Assembly (NCBI RefSeq): GCF_018350175.1
Contig: NC_058377.1
Coordinates: 100,626,001-100,690,000, forward strand
Length of the DNA: 64,000 nt
Source of the DNA: Felis catus
Lineage: Eukaryota
Reading direction: 5' to 3'
The number at the start of each line of letters is the position of its first letter. The stretch's first letter is position 1. A program made the position numbers and the translations under genes. The notes below the pieces were generated by a model, which had not been told where the DNA came from, searched no databases, and worked only from the letters and a program-made list of their open reading frames with translations. Of this stretch, positions 11,960 through 25,689 are shown piece by piece.

Positions 11960-14220
11960 TTAACACTTGTATTCAAGTATCACTGACCGACAACAGACAG
12001 CACATATTTAAAATGTCCAATCTCATTAAGTTGTGACATAAGTATACACCTGGGAATCCACCACCATAATCGAGATGGTGAGCGTATCCCTCCCTCTGAA
12101 AAGTTTTCGATGCGCTTTGTGTCTTTATAGACGAGTTTGTGTCCTCTAGATCTTTGCGCAAATTTATCATACAGTATATATTCTATGTTGGCCGGCTTCT
12201 TTCTGTATAATTATTTGGAGATTAATCCATACTGTTGCATGCCTCAGCCGTTGATTCCTTTTTTATTGCTGAGTGGTATTCCACTCTGCAAATTCCACAA
12301 TCTCGCGTTGTTTCCACTATTTGGCTCTTACAAATAAAGCTGCTCGAAAACATTCATGTGTAAGTTTCTATGTGAACATATGCTTTCAGTTCTGTTAGGC
12401 AAATATTTATGTAGGGAATGGTTGGTCATCTGTAGGTATATGTTTAACATTTTAAGAAACCACCTCACTGGTTTTTCAAGGTGGTTATACCCGCGTACCT
12501 CCCCACAAGAAGTTTATGAATGTTCTCATTGCTCTTTCGCCCTTCATATACTAAGTTTCTTAATTTGGGCCATTTCGAAACCTGTGAACTGATGTTTCGT
12601 TGCTACTTTAATTCGCATTTTGTAAATAACTAATGACGTTGAGCAGATTTTCATGCACTTATTTTGACATGACTAAAATGCTGTGATGTCTTTTGGTGAA
12701 ATGTCTTTTCAAACCTTTTGCCCATCTTGAAGATTTTCATCTAAGTGGCTGAATTTTTAGACATAAAATAGTTTATACTATTCTTATGTAGACTTTTAAT
12801 ATTGCAAAATTTGTAGTGATGCCAATTCTCTCATCCTTGATATTGATAATGTGTGTCTTCTTTTCTGTGCTCCTGACCAGTCTGGCCAGAGGCTTATCAA
12901 CTTTATTGAATTTCTTTAATAGATTTTTGTGTTCAATTTTCCCAATTGGTTTTCTTTTGTTTTTCATGGATGTTTACTTTGATCTTTATTATGTCCTTTT
13001 TTTCATGCTGGTGTACTTTTCTCTTCTTTTGCTAATCTTAAACTGGCAGCTGAGGACATTAATTTGAAGCCTTTCTTCTTTTCCAGTATAGATATTTAGT
13101 GCAATAAATTTCCCTCCACGTCCTGTATTCAAGGATCCCACAAACTCTGATATATTTTTTTTCCTTTCCATTCATATAAAGGGACTTCCTAATTTCCCTT
13201 TTGATTTCTTCTTGACCCATGAGGTTACTTGGAAGTGTGCTGTATGATTTCCAGATATTTGGAAATTTCCTAGATTTCTTTCTGTTTCTAATTTGATTCC
13301 ACTGTAATCAAAAAACATACTTCGAAAGACTAGAGTCCTTTTATTATTGAAACTTGCTTCAGGACCCAGAAAATGATGTGTCATCGTAAATGTTCTGAGT
13401 ACACTTAGCAAGAATATGTATTCTGAAAAAGTTATATGAAGTACTTCATGTAGACAAAAGTCAAGACAGTTGATGGTTTTGCTCGTCCACTATTATTTTG
13501 CTGATTTTCTACTTGTTCCATTAATTATTGACAGATGAGTTCTGAAATATTCAACTATATTGTGAATTTGTCATTTTCCCTTAAGATTCTATAAGTTGTT
13601 GTTTTATGAATTTTGAAGCCTTGTTATTGGGGTCACAAACATTTAGGTAGTTATGACTCCTTGATCACTGGACCCCTTTCCCATATGACATGAACTTTTT
13701 TATCTTTAGTAATATTCTTTAATCTTAAATTATCTTTGATAAAATAAAAAAAACCCTTTACATCTCTTTTCACTAGCATTATTTATCTTTTCTATCCTTT
13801 TACCTTTAAACTATTATTTGTACCTTCATATGTAAAATACATTTTCTGTATCCAAAATGTAATTAGGTTGTAGAGGTTTTTTATTTTTGTTTTGTTTTTG
13901 TATACTACCTGACAAGGTCTGCTTTTTAATTTTACTGTTTAGACTATTTTCATTTAATGTTATTATTGATAAGGTTGAGTGTTAGTCTATCATCTTGTAA
14001 TACCTTTCTATTAATTCTATTTGTTCTTCTCTGTTTTCTTTGTCTTCCTTCTCTTGAATCAATTGAGTGTTCCTATGATGCCATTTTATGTACAGTATGA
14101 TAGCTTTGCAATAATATCCTTCTATTTCTTTTCTTCCAGCCTTGATGGAATATTTTTACACATTTGACCACTACGTATGTTATGAACACCCGACATATTG
14201 TTATCATTTTTGAAACCACC
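11960..14220 (-). mobile_element. Old L1 (3' end plus ORF2 endonuclease-region pieces, internally deleted)
   Basis: Minus ORFs give KFNKVDKPLARL, GKFIALNIY..KEERLQIN and SMFFDYSGIKLE, all L1 ORF2 motifs; L1M 3' UTR at 11960-12750. Confidence 0.88.
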
Positions 14221-14491
14221 TCTGTTATCTTGAACAAACTATTTAAACTCTAGAAGATTCTTTTTTTTTTTTTTTGCTTTGAGGAATAGAGGCAATAATT
14301 ACCATGAAATTTTTTTAAGAATTAAATCAGATAATGCACTTAAAATTCTTAAAACAGTGATTGACCTATAGTAATTAAAAAATGCTTATAAATGTTATGA
14401 TTAGCTTACTAAGTGAATTGTTCTGATCTAGCTGGGATGCTACAAAATACTGATTTTCTGAAGTCTTAAATAAACTCATATGTATATAGAC

Positions 14492-14710
14492 TTTTTTTTT
14501 TAATTTAACGTTTATTTATTTTTGAAACAGAGAGAGAGAGAGCATGAATGGGGGGAGGGTCAGAGAGAGAGGGAGACACAGAATCGGAAGCAGGCTCCAG
14601 GCTCTGAGCTGTCAGCACAGAGCCCGACGCGGGGCTCGAACTCATGAACCATGAGATCATGACCTGAGCCGAAGTCGGACACTTAACTGACTGAGCCACC
14701 CAGGCGCCCC
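14492..14710 (-). mobile_element. Can-SINE (SINEC_Fc type)
   Basis: TSD tgtatatagacttttt. Confidence 0.95.
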
Positions 14711-15099
14711 TGTATATAGACTTTTTGTGCAAAAAGTGAGTCCACCCGAATTTCAGTGCACATGATCCTGAATCTATACACCTTGCAGCCCTGCAACCAC
14801 ACAAAGGAAAGTGCCTGGTAATAATTAGAATAGATGTGTACATATTTTGTTGGTTCCTAACTTCATTATACTCTCCAATACTTTTCACCAAACCTGGTGG
14901 GTCCTTTTCCAATCTACCGATAGGAGCAGGGAATTTGTTTTACATTTTAATTAATTTGCTATTTTCTTTCTTTGCACAACCCAACCTTCCATTGTAGCAA
15001 TGACAGTTAATTACTGTAGAGTGTGGCTACTGGTCCAGGAGAATAGTGGGGTGACAGTCTTTGACTTAATTGTTAACTGAATATTATGCATCTTATGTT

Positions 15100-15565
15100 G
15101 CTTTTGCTAATGACTTTTGTTAGGACTCTGGATCTCTCTCTCTCTCTGATTTTCTTTTACCTTCTCCTCTCTGGAAATAGGGACCTCCTCCAAAAGAATC
15201 CCATTGCTCCCATAGGATTACCCAAATTTCCATCCTGCTTTTCAGAGGAAGAAATTGATCAGAACTGGCAGAATTTCTTTATCTACTTTGGATCTGAATA
15301 ACAATAGCAGTCTCTAGAGACACAGTGCCCAGAACTTGGCTAATGCTAAAAGAGAAAATAAAGATAAAGCTTGAAAATTCCTATGAGCCTAGGGAATATG
15401 ACCTAGGGCAGCTGATTAGTATTATTTGCTGAGGATTTCTTAAGAAATGCTTCTGGGAAAACAATTTTTTAAAATTTCAAAGTCAGCAAGTTCTTATGAT
15501 CTCCTCTCAGTTTATGTCTCTTGCAGAGAAAATTTCCTGCAGCCATACGCTCAAAGAAGGTGAGT
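15100..15565 (+). promoter_or_regulatory. Candidate promoter and first exon of gene 2
   Basis: TAATGA near 15108, several O/E-like sites (cctagggaa, cctagggca, tctctagaga) and a consensus donor AAG-GTGAGT at 15560. Confidence 0.4.
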
Positions 15566-17285
15566 GACTCCTACGGCATATATATATATATATATATACA
15601 CACTGCACATATATTTTGAAACGTTCTTGTTTACTTCTGAGTATGAGCAGGTGCCAGGGAGTTCTACTAGCATTTAAAATCCTAGATCACTCACTTGTGG
15701 AGTGAATACATGCTTCATGTGAATCAGGATCATTTTCAGCGATATTTAAATCTTCATTCACTTAGCAAAACAGTGCTACTCTCATGATAATTCAAGGAAA
15801 GCAGTGTTTGTAGATACTTTTAGAGAATGTACCTAGGTTTGTTTCAATCACTGCTTTCTAGTTTCATATTTTCAACCATAAACGCAAGTGAAGGGTTACC
15901 AACTGTAATTGAAGGGGGGTATGTGTGACCACGACATTTTCCTGAGTAATTTAAAACTACCTTGAAGACCATCTACAACTGATGTGCAGGTAATCACTCT
16001 TAAAATCCTTGTTTTAGGCTCACTAGATCTATTTGGCATTTATTGTGTTGTTTTAAGGATATACAGTCTCACACGGTATGTCAAAATTTAAGCAAGACTA
16101 AAGAGATTTTGCAATATTTATTTCTTACTGTGTCTTATAGAGTTTGTGCTTTTGAAGAATACATGCTAAAAATAATAAAATTGTTAGGTTGCCAGTTTCC
16201 TTCCAGACTTCCACCTTTGAAGAAATTCCTATCTTTCAAATGAATCATCACTTTAAGTTTTCTAGATTCATCATAATCAGGTAAGGTAAGTTTGTAGTAA
16301 GACACATGTTGATCACATCAGTAGAAATGTATGTAATTAGTATATACAGACCCCAGTTGACTTATAGGAAATGTAGTTTTACAAAGCTGGTCTTAACTCC
16401 TGGGGTGAACAGGACTGTGAAACAATACTACAAAAGGCACAAATTGACTTTTTCATTTAATTTTGGTAACATGAAAAACAGTCAATGTATTTAAAACTAC
16501 ATGTAACGAAATTCCCCCAGGTAACCAGTATTTCACCCAACTGATTTTATTTTCCACCAAAATATTATCCACATTGAGGTTTGTTCTGATGGTCCTTCTA
16601 AAATCTCTGTTGCAGTTTTGCTTTTGTTTATTTCAAGGGATTTGATTCAGGATGTATGTGTATTTGGAGGACAATTTAATTCTTAACCCTTTCACTCAAA
16701 GAGCAGAGAACATAAGGAAAAGGTATATAATTGCAATGTAGTCTCAATTTTCTTTGGTGATTATGTTTCATTAACTCATGCATTCCTCATTTTTTCCTTG
16801 GGTGATGTGTCTAGACCACAGTTATAGATGTTGAAGTCCAAGATTAGAAAGGATCAATGTCCTGTAGAAGTGAGAACTGCTTGTGTGAATGGGGAAATCC
16901 AAAATGGTCTCATTTATTCTCGTTAAAATTCCACCATGGGTAATAACAGAGTGCAAAACACATAAATTTGGTGAATAAGGTGTGGCAATTTGGGGAATAA
17001 GGTGTGGCAATAGTCTAAATTCGTGCTGGATGATTATTGCCTCTTCTGATCTGGAAGGGTTTTTTAGATTTAGATGTCAGCTTCTATATAAAGCTTAAAT
17101 ATCGAGATTGAAGACAAAGAAAAAAAAAGTAGCCACATATCAGTTCACATGATTTCACTTGATATCAAACAGGTGACCATTGAAAGCCTTAGGTGACCAA
17201 TAGCATCAGAAGTTTACTGAGGTATAAGCAACGCTTGAATACAAGTCGTTTGCTCTCTAAGTTCCTTTGCCCTCTGTGTCATTCC

Positions 17286-17470
17286 TTAAATGTTTTATTT
17301 AGTTTTGAGAAAGCACAATGAGGGAAGGGCAGAGAGAGGGGAACAGAGAATCTGAAGCGGGCTCTGTGCTGACAACAGCCAGCCCGATGTGGGGCTTGAA
17401 CTCATGGACCGTGAAATTCACGACCTGAGCCGAAGTTGGAGCCCAACCGGCTGAGCCGATCAGTTGCTCC
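17286..17470 (-). mobile_element. Can-SINE (diverged)
   Basis: Recognisable SINEC body, more decayed. Confidence 0.85.
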
Positions 17471-18192
17471 ATCAGTTTGAATCCTGTCTATATTGCTTTT
17501 GTAGGATCCCTTACTGTTTTACTTGGTAATGTCTCCTTTGCTTCATTTTTATGTTATGCTTTGAGGGTCTCAAAACATGCCATTTATTTTTCTTACTACA
17601 ATTTCTCTCTCTGGACGTTGGTGCCATTGTCATTCTGGTGCCCCCAAGGAGTGATGATATTTCCATAAACACACAGATTGGAATAGTTACAGCTGCGGTG
17701 GTCAGATTGAAAGCCTGATGGTTTCAAAGAGGAGATGTGCTACACCACGCATTCGCTCGTAGAACTATCGTATATTTTACAGCGATCTGGGAGTCTGTCA
17801 CCTCTCATGAGATGAAAATTATATTTCCTCCACTGCTGTCTTCTCAGATGCATGCTCCTTTTCTGTGGGAAACTGCATTAAATGAACAAGAATTAGGGGA
17901 TGAGATCATAAATTTTTCAGTGTATTGGCTCTCTGATTTGGGACATTCACTTAGTTTTTCTTAATCTGTTCTTTCCATACTGAAAAGAACACGGTGGGAT
18001 TCGATGAATACTAAGATTTAAGTCATTATTATAACAGGACTTATTATTTAGTAATAATTACTATTTAGTGATTATTATTGAGTAATAATTATGTAGTAAT
18101 AATTATTTAGACCTATTATTTAGTAATTATTTAAAAAATTACCTCGGTTTCAGATTTTATGTATATTTACTTGAAGGAATGCAATATAGGTA

Positions 18193-18413
18193 GGGGTGCT
18201 CGGTCGGTTAAGCGTCCAGCTATTGATTTTGGCTCAGTTAATGATCTAGCAGTTCCTGAGATCGAGCCCTGTGTCTGGCCCTGCACTGACAGCACAGATC
18301 CTGCTTGGGATTCTCTCTCACTCACTCTCTCTCTCTCTCTTTCTCCGTCTGTCCCTGTTGCACACTCCCTCTCTCCAAATAAATAAATAAATAAATAAAT
18401 AAATAAAATAATA
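18193..18413 (+). mobile_element. Can-SINE
   Basis: (CT)n tract and (AAAT)n tail; TSD aaggaatgca.tatag. Confidence 0.9.
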
Positions 18414-19362
18414 AAGGAATGCAGTATAGTATTTTCCTAAGTTAGTTATGATTTGCAACTGCAACTCTAACAATGTACACAAAGATATAAGAAACACATT
18501 AACTTTTATGAAGGAAGCATAACTTGTGCACAATTTTGAGGCTAAGACCTGTTATCTTCCTGTTAAAAAAGGGAGACTACAAAGTCCTCCATTTCCATTA
18601 GTGCTTTCTTTTTTTTTTAATTTATGCCCATTATTAAGTTTAATGGCGATGGAGTTTACCTTAAAACATGCGTGTACACTAAAACCAAAATAAGAGATCT
18701 ACATATTTTTTCTAATTCTTTTTCAAAATGTCACTGATAAAATCTGCTCTGTGCTGTGTTTTCAACTATTTTTGTGTCATAACATAGCCAGCAAGATCGA
18801 CTTTTGGTTATGTGCTACCCATTCCATTCCCACCCTTGCATTTCAAAGAGTATTACTTCCAATCCTAATCACTCACCGCACAATTTAGGCAAATGTGCTT
18901 TTGTTTTTGTTTTTAAATGCAACTGCATTCCTTGATTGTATGTCTTCAGGCAATTCAGGAGAATGTTCCATATCATGCTGGGGAAAGAGCATTACCTGGA
19001 ATGAAAAGCCTTTTGTGAGTAATGAACACAAGGGAAATGAGGAATAAGATAAATTTTATGCATTAAATTAATGCCACTGTTATCTCAATGTTATAAATAA
19101 CAGTAGTAGAACTTCTGTTTGGAAAATAGTAATTTTTAAATCATGATATTTTCAAAATTTAATCAAATGTATTTTTAACACTATCAGTATGACAGACTAT
19201 TTGAAAAAATTAAAAAATCATAGCGGAAGCAGTTGATTCCCAAGAAAAAAACCATAATAATATTGATTTATGATTTACCTTCTGTGATTTGTTGAGTTAG
19301 CTTTTTGCTTTAATTAGAAATTTATTTATGATTGTGTTAATATTATCAATGTTTTCATTCAA

Positions 19363-19377
19363 ATTTTTTCTTTCCAG
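19363..19377 (+). promoter_or_regulatory. Putative splice acceptor of the gene 2 coding exon
   Basis: attttttctttccAG ends 32 nt before ATG 19410. Confidence 0.7.
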
Positions 19378-19409
19378 ATACTCAGTTATCTGTGCATAGC
19401 ACACAATTT

Positions 19410-20345
19410 ATGGGAAGTCAGAGGAACATCTCAGAATTCATTCTTTTGGGACTTTCCTATAACCAGAACATACAAATTTTTTGCTTTGTATTCTTCTTGT
19501 TTTGTTATGTTTCCATTTTGGTGGGAAATCTCTTAATTCTCGTCTCCATTCGATGCAGTGCCCTTTTTTACCAACCAATGTACTATTTCCTCGGTCACTT
19601 ATCCTTTATGGACATTTGCTACACCTCCTGTGTGACACCCAAACTGATAGGTGATCTGCTGCTGGCCAGAAAAACCATCTCTTATGGTAATTGCATGTTA
19701 CAGGTCTTTTCCTTGCACTTTTTGGGAATGATTGAAATCTTCATCCTTACAGTCATGGCCTTTGATCGCTACGCTGCCATCTGCAAACCTCTCCACTACC
19801 TGCTTATCATGAATAGAGCAAGGTGCAATCTCCTAGTCTTGGCTGCTTGGGCTGGTGGGGCCGTCCATTCTTTTTCTCAGTTTTCTATGATATTCCAGTT
19901 GCCTTTCTGTGGCCCCAACGAAATCAATCACTACTATTGTGATATCTTCCCTTTGCTGAAAGTTGCTTGTACTGATACCTACATCACTGGTGTCCTTGTG
20001 GTTGCCAATTCAGGTCTGGTCGCTTTAGTGACCTTTGTTCTCTTGTTTGGGTCTTATGTTGTCATATTATTCACTTTAAGACATCAGTCGGCTGAAGGAA
20101 GACACAAAGCCCTCTCCACCTGTGGGTCTCATATCACTGTGGTCATCTTATTTTTTGGGCCTTCAATCTTTGCCTACCTTCGACCTCCGACCACGTTCCC
20201 CGAGGACAAGATATTCGCTCTATTTTACACCATCATCGCTCCTATGTTCAATCCCTTAATCTACACCCTGAGAAATACAGAGATGAAAAGCGTGATGAGA
20301 AAAGTTTGGTTTCAAATGATATTTTCAGGAGAAAAACACAATTGA
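19410..20345 (+). CDS. Olfactory receptor family 4, divergent from the OR4P copies, 311 aa, intact (gene 2)
   Basis: True start is most likely the ATG at 19410 (the track start at 19392 is GTG). Motifs: [46 protein letters not shown]. Retains the TM4 Trp. Confidence 0.93.
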   Translation: MGSQRNISEFILLGLSYNQNIQIFCFVFFLFCYVSILVGNLLILVSIRCSALFYQPMYYFLGHLSFMDICYTSCVTPKLIGDLLLARKTISYGNCMLQVFSLHFLGMIEIFILTVMAFDRYAAICKPLHYLLIMNRARCNLLVLAAWAGGAVHSFSQFSMIFQLPFCGPNEINHYYCDIFPLLKVACTDTYITGVLVVANSGLVALVTFVLLFGSYVVILFTLRHQSAEGRHKALSTCGSHITVVILFFGPSIFAYLRPPTTFPEDKIFALFYTIIAPMFNPLIYTLRNTEMKSVMRKVWFQMIFSGEKHN

Positions 20346-21082
20346 TTTGTCCTATTCAATATGCTAAAAAGTTTATGCAGGAGTAAAAGTAGACTTGGAA
20401 TCAGAGAGCTTGTTGGTGTTCAGATCACCGAAACCAAATCGTTCACTTTATAAATGTCAGAGATGATGAGCCGAAGCATTGTGAGCAAGGTGACAATTTT
20501 ACCAGCAGAACTGAGATTGGCTTAGGGCATCTGCATATTAAACATATTCCAGGCTGAGTGAACGGTGGGGCTGTCATACCCAGTAGTCAGTTATGGATCT
20601 GTGAAGCTGACAGCGAATTTTAATATTCATTTGCATATGAAATTGATACACGGGGATTCGACAACATTTTGGCCCTCTGGAGAAATGAACAAGATTAAAA
20701 GTGGTTTTCCGAAATTAAAACAGAATGTCTTTAATTATCGAATTTTATTTCCTGTAGAATATTCATCTGAATCTTATGTGATCACACTCTGCAATAAATT
20801 ATGTGATGAAAAAAATTCAGGCAGATAATTTGCTTTAGAGTTGCAAAGAAGAAGGCGTGGCTACACTGGTCCTCTGGGGAGTTACAGCAACTTTTCCCAA
20901 TCCCATCTGCCTTAAAATTTCATAGGCGGGGACAAAGGGACAGGTGGTAATTTACATTTCCGTTATAGTGTTTATTACATCATATATGTTCAGAATGTGG
21001 AAAGACAGAATGAGAAAATTAATAGATCTTCTCCCTTTCCAGTAAAGCTCAATTAGTTGAATGACTTCAAGACTCTGCATTT

Positions 21083-21265
21083 GGGGGGGGGGCGCCTGGG
21101 TGGCTCAGTCAGTTAAGCGTTCCACTTCAGCTCAGGTCATGATCTCATGGTTTGTGAGTTCGAGCCCCGCGTCAGGCTCTGGGCTGATGGCTCAGAGCCT
21201 GGAGCTGCTTCAGATTCTGTGTCTCCCTCTCTCTCTGTCCCTCCCCGACACACACTCTGTCTCAT

Positions 21266-21303
<38 letters not shown>

Positions 21304-21335
21304 AAAAATAAATAAATATTTAAATAACAAAAAAA
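21083..21335 (+). mobile_element. Can-SINE (first of a tandem pair)
   Basis: ggggcgcctgggtggctcagtc start, (CT)n tract, A tail. Confidence 0.92.
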
Positions 21336-21348
21336 AGACTGCATTTTT

Positions 21349-21555
21349 GGGGGCAGCCGGGTGGATGGGTCAGTCAGTTGAGCCTCGGACTCTTGATTTC
21401 GGCTCAGGTCATGATCTCACAGTTCATGAGTCTGTGCCTGGAGTTGGGCTCTGCTTGCAATTCTCTCTCTTTCCTTCTCTCTCCTTCTCTGTCTCTCTGC
21501 CCCTCCACTGCTCATGCTCTCTCTCTCTTAAAATAAACACATAAAACTAAAAAAA
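21349..21555 (+). mobile_element. Can-SINE (older, second of the tandem pair)
   Basis: Diverged SINEC body directly after the first. Confidence 0.88.
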
Positions 21556-22177
21556 GGAGACTGAATTTGGGAGAAACTGCACATATCAGCTTGTCTTGAT
21601 ATATAGACAGGAGAGATGAATTCAATTTCCATCCTAATGGACAAAAATGGAGCCAATTGAAAAAAAAATTAAATAAATCTTCCATTTGCATAGTTCTTGC
21701 ATATATCTTTTTTTCCATTTAAGGTGAGAAATGAAATAATAACAACAAAACACAGTTATTTGTGATATTAAAAGATTTACTACCATGGTCCATGAATAGA
21801 ACACATTATTTGTAGGTATTGAGAAAAGCAAATTTAGGAGAAAGATTTCTCAAGAGAATTAGAAAAAAAAATTGGAAGAAAATATTTTTGTACTATCAAT
21901 AAGATACAAATAATTAAAATCTTTCTGGAAAAAATAGACATTCATAAGAAGGTGGGTAACACTGTAGTATTATCAATGGAATTATTTTGAAAACATGAAC
22001 TATATTTGAAAACAAAATGCAATAGAATTTCAAAAAAATAATGTCAATAGTAATACAAAATGAAAGGGAAGGATAGGGAGAGAAAATGATAAGAAATGCA
22101 AATTGCAGCAAATTTATGTGTGAGAAGAATTCTATAAATTACAATTTTGACAAATTACTAATAAAAAAATGAGTCTT

Positions 22178-22398
22178 GGGGCGCCTGGGTGGCTCGGTCA
22201 GTTGAGCGCCCGACTTCGGGTCAGGTCATGCTCTCACAGTTCATGGGTTCGAGCCCCACATCGGGCTTTGTGCTGACAGCTCAGAGACTGGAGCCTGCCT
22301 CAGATTCTATGTCTCCCTCTCTATCTGCCCCTTCCCTGCTCACATACTCTCTCTCTGTCTCTCAAAAATAAATATATGTTAAAAAAAAATTAAAAAAA
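22178..22398 (+). mobile_element. Can-SINE
   Basis: TSD aatgagtctt. Confidence 0.92.
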
Positions 22399-23032
22399 CA
22401 ATGAGTCTTGTGCTTGCTTAGACGACATCACTTACTACCAAGTATTAGGAGAGAGCGTAACAATGTCTACAGGTTTTGAGAGAAAAAGATTGAGAGGGAG
22501 GGATAAGCCTTATTCTGTGTCCTACTGTCTTTCATTTATGCAAAAAATAAAAAGACACCTGCATATCAATTGGGCTTCATAATTTTACTAACCACATATT
22601 CTTTTTGATCAAATATTTTACTTTATTGATAAGTTTCAGAACACCATAAGGGATAAATCAATATAAAAACCTTAAAGGGAAATCAGAATATAAATAATTG
22701 GCATATTTTGCCTTCATCCTCACGGGCCACATTTAATAGCACTTAGGACAAGGAGTCCTCACACTTTGAAATGCATGGCAGTCTACCAAGTTTTTTATGG
22801 CATGACTCTGGTCAAATCAACAAACATCTATGCATCATCCATTCTTCATTTATAATATAAAACTGATAAGGAAAGTCATTAATGTCACTTAAATATGAAA
22901 TTATGAATTGAAATTGCATTTGAGAAATAGATTAGTGGTTAAGATACATGGAACAGGTTTTAATTAAGACTTTAAACATCTACAACAGAAGTCATATAAC
23001 TATTTCCGTCTTTCTTACTCAATGGATGTGTC

Positions 23033-23247
23033 TTTTTTTTTTTTAACATTCATTTTTGAGAGACAGAGAGAGACAAAGTATGAATCGGGGAGAGGCAGAG
23101 AGAGAGAGGGAGACACAGAATCTGAAACAGGCTCCAGGCTCCAAGCTGTCAGCACAAAGCCAGATGTGGGGCTCGAACTTGTGGATGGTGAGATCATGAC
23201 CTAAGCTGAAGTTGAACACCTAACCAACTGAGCCACCCAGGTGCCCC
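23033..23247 (-). mobile_element. Can-SINE
   Basis: TSD tcaatgg...tgtctt. Confidence 0.92.
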
Positions 23248-24446
23248 TCAATGGCTATGTCTTGATGCAGATTTCTTCTTCCATTTCGTGAGGAAAGGAA
23301 CCCACCAAGAAGATAACATGTTATTTAGAGAAACATAATTTATAATGAAATCTCCAAATGGCTAAAATTGAGGTTTAACTATACAAGATAGGCAGCTAGC
23401 AAATGCTTGTTTAATTAACCTTCAGAGTTGCCCAGATTCTATCCAAGCTTTACCTATTCAAAATGTGTTCTGTAGATAAACCCAGCTAGACTATGTGCTA
23501 ATACATCACAACAGCCTTTATTGAAAGCATATTCTTCTCCCTCCTGTGATTTATGGCTCGTTCATCATTTTTAAGTCACAGACTACTTATGTTACATTGA
23601 CCCCTCAAATTCTACTATAACTATTAAGATTCTGTAGTGAAATCAATCCCCAAGGAGCTTTTGATTCCCATTTTCACTGACAATGTGAGCAAGAAAAAAG
23701 GTATTATTATTTATATTTCTCATTGATATCAATATATAACATTTTTATTAAATGCATTGTATCACCAAAGAAACTGAAATTTTCTACTAAGGTGTTTTCC
23801 ATTAAGAATTTCATGCACAGAGGAAATGTTATAACATTGATTAATAAAGTTAAATAAGAAATTCATGATAAGAAGATATAAAACTCATAAGATGTTCAAA
23901 TATGTAAAAACAAAAGGCAAAAAGCCAAGATTGAAAGCCATATTAAAATATTCCAAAAAGTTGAATGTAAGTTATTATTGTTGGAAGAAGAAGTACAGAA
24001 ACTGGTTTTATTAGGTCTTTATGCCTAATTCAAGAATTAGTGATGCTATGATACCTGAAAGAGTGGTTTGAAAAAATGTATATGTGTACACATATGATAT
24101 ATATTGATAGTGTTTTTATCTGGCTAGACAGATACTAAATGTACTTTTTTGAATTGCTATTTTCTAAAAAGCCAGTACAGCAAGACACATGTGGGTATTT
24201 TCACCCTGGAGGGTGGTGAGTCCATAGGAACAAATGTCCTTTTTTGATGAGGAAGTAAAGCTAGAAAGATTCAGGGGTAGGGGTTGCAAAACAGAGCCTG
24301 GATATGGCTGCCTGGTGGGGAAACTGGAAGCCCAGAGGGGATCTGATGGAAGTTCTGGGCTGAGAACAGGAATAACTGTGAAAACACGACCTAGACTGGA
24401 GAAAGTATCTTTAAACAAAATGTCAGAATGTCTTAAATCAGGTTTC

Positions 24447-24578
24447 AATGGTCAAAGGTAGAAATTTCAGTTATGAGAAGAATCAGTTCTGAGAATGTAA
24501 CCACAGAACGGTGAGTACAGTTAAGAATATGGTTTTGTATACTTGAAAGCTGCTGAGTGTAGATCCTGAACATACTTA

Positions 24579-24623
<45 letters not shown>

Positions 24624-24750
24624 GGTCAGCTATGTGAAATGAGGTAATAATGTCTTGATAATAATTCCACAATATATATGTGTATGAAATCATCATAATG
24701 TATGCTTTATGTTTGTCAATGATTCCTCAATAAAGTAAAAAAAAACAAAC
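24447..24750 (+). mobile_element. L1 3' end (L1MA-like) containing (CA)n
   Basis: Typical L1MA 3' UTR ending cctcaataaag plus A tail; TSD caggtttc. Confidence 0.8.
24580..24620 (+). repeat. (CA)n microsatellite
   Basis: About 20 CA units. Confidence 0.95.
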
Positions 24751-25689
24751 CAACCAGGTTTCCTTAGGAGGTTGGGGAATAGACTGGACCAAAATGAAAT
24801 ACCTAGACTTGTTTTCAAGTTAATTCTTTGAGGGCAAAACCAAATTCACACTTGGCCCTGGGTAGCTTCAGTGCCTTGGATATGGTTTTAGGGTTGTCTT
24901 GTTATGTATTTTTCCCATAGAAATAAAAGATACAAAGAAACTTGTGAGAGACAGAGAGAGAGACAGAGACAGAGACACAGAGAGAGAGAGGTGGGGGCCA
25001 GGGTTGGGGAAAAGAACTGGAAAAGAAATATCCCTGTAATCTCCATATGAAACAAAGAGTAGAACAATGACATCATCTCCAGAGTCAACCATATATGCCT
25101 TTCTGTCCTCACTGTCTCCCCTGCCCCCAGAATTACCTATTCTCTTGACTTTTATCTGCATCTCCTTGCCTGGCAACCTCAGGCAAAGTATTTATCTTAG
25201 CTGTTACAGAGATTTTTTCATGGGTAAAATAAGAACACAGGGTCCTCGTGAAAATTAAACAAGAGTACTTAGGACATGATACACGGCAAACCCTCAGTGT
25301 GAATTTGCATTATTGATTCTGCTCACACAGCACATTGGAAGTCAGCTCAATTTTTACATAGAGAAAAAGGAGGAAAGACAGCTGTGCAGGAATAATAGAA
25401 GGACTTGGGAAACAATGGAAACATGTTCAAATGCAGCTTTTGTTTTTCGAATTATTATTTTTTAATTTTCTAAACCAAAACTAATACAAAATAATACTAA
25501 GCCTTATTAGTTTACAAGTTTTCCAGAAATTTACCTATACTCTTGAAAATGAACTAAAACTCATTGTAATTCTCGTAGAGAATACAATAGGACAGTTTTT
25601 GAGGACAGATGAAGACCATTAGCCACCGTGAAGGCCAGGGCTGTCCTTTACTCCTGTCCGTTTGCAGAGATTAGAGAAAGGATAGGCCC

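Noticed and set aside
19392-19409. N-terminal extension of gene 2 in the ORF track
   Set aside because: It starts at GTG; ATG 19410 gives the normal OR length and NxS position.
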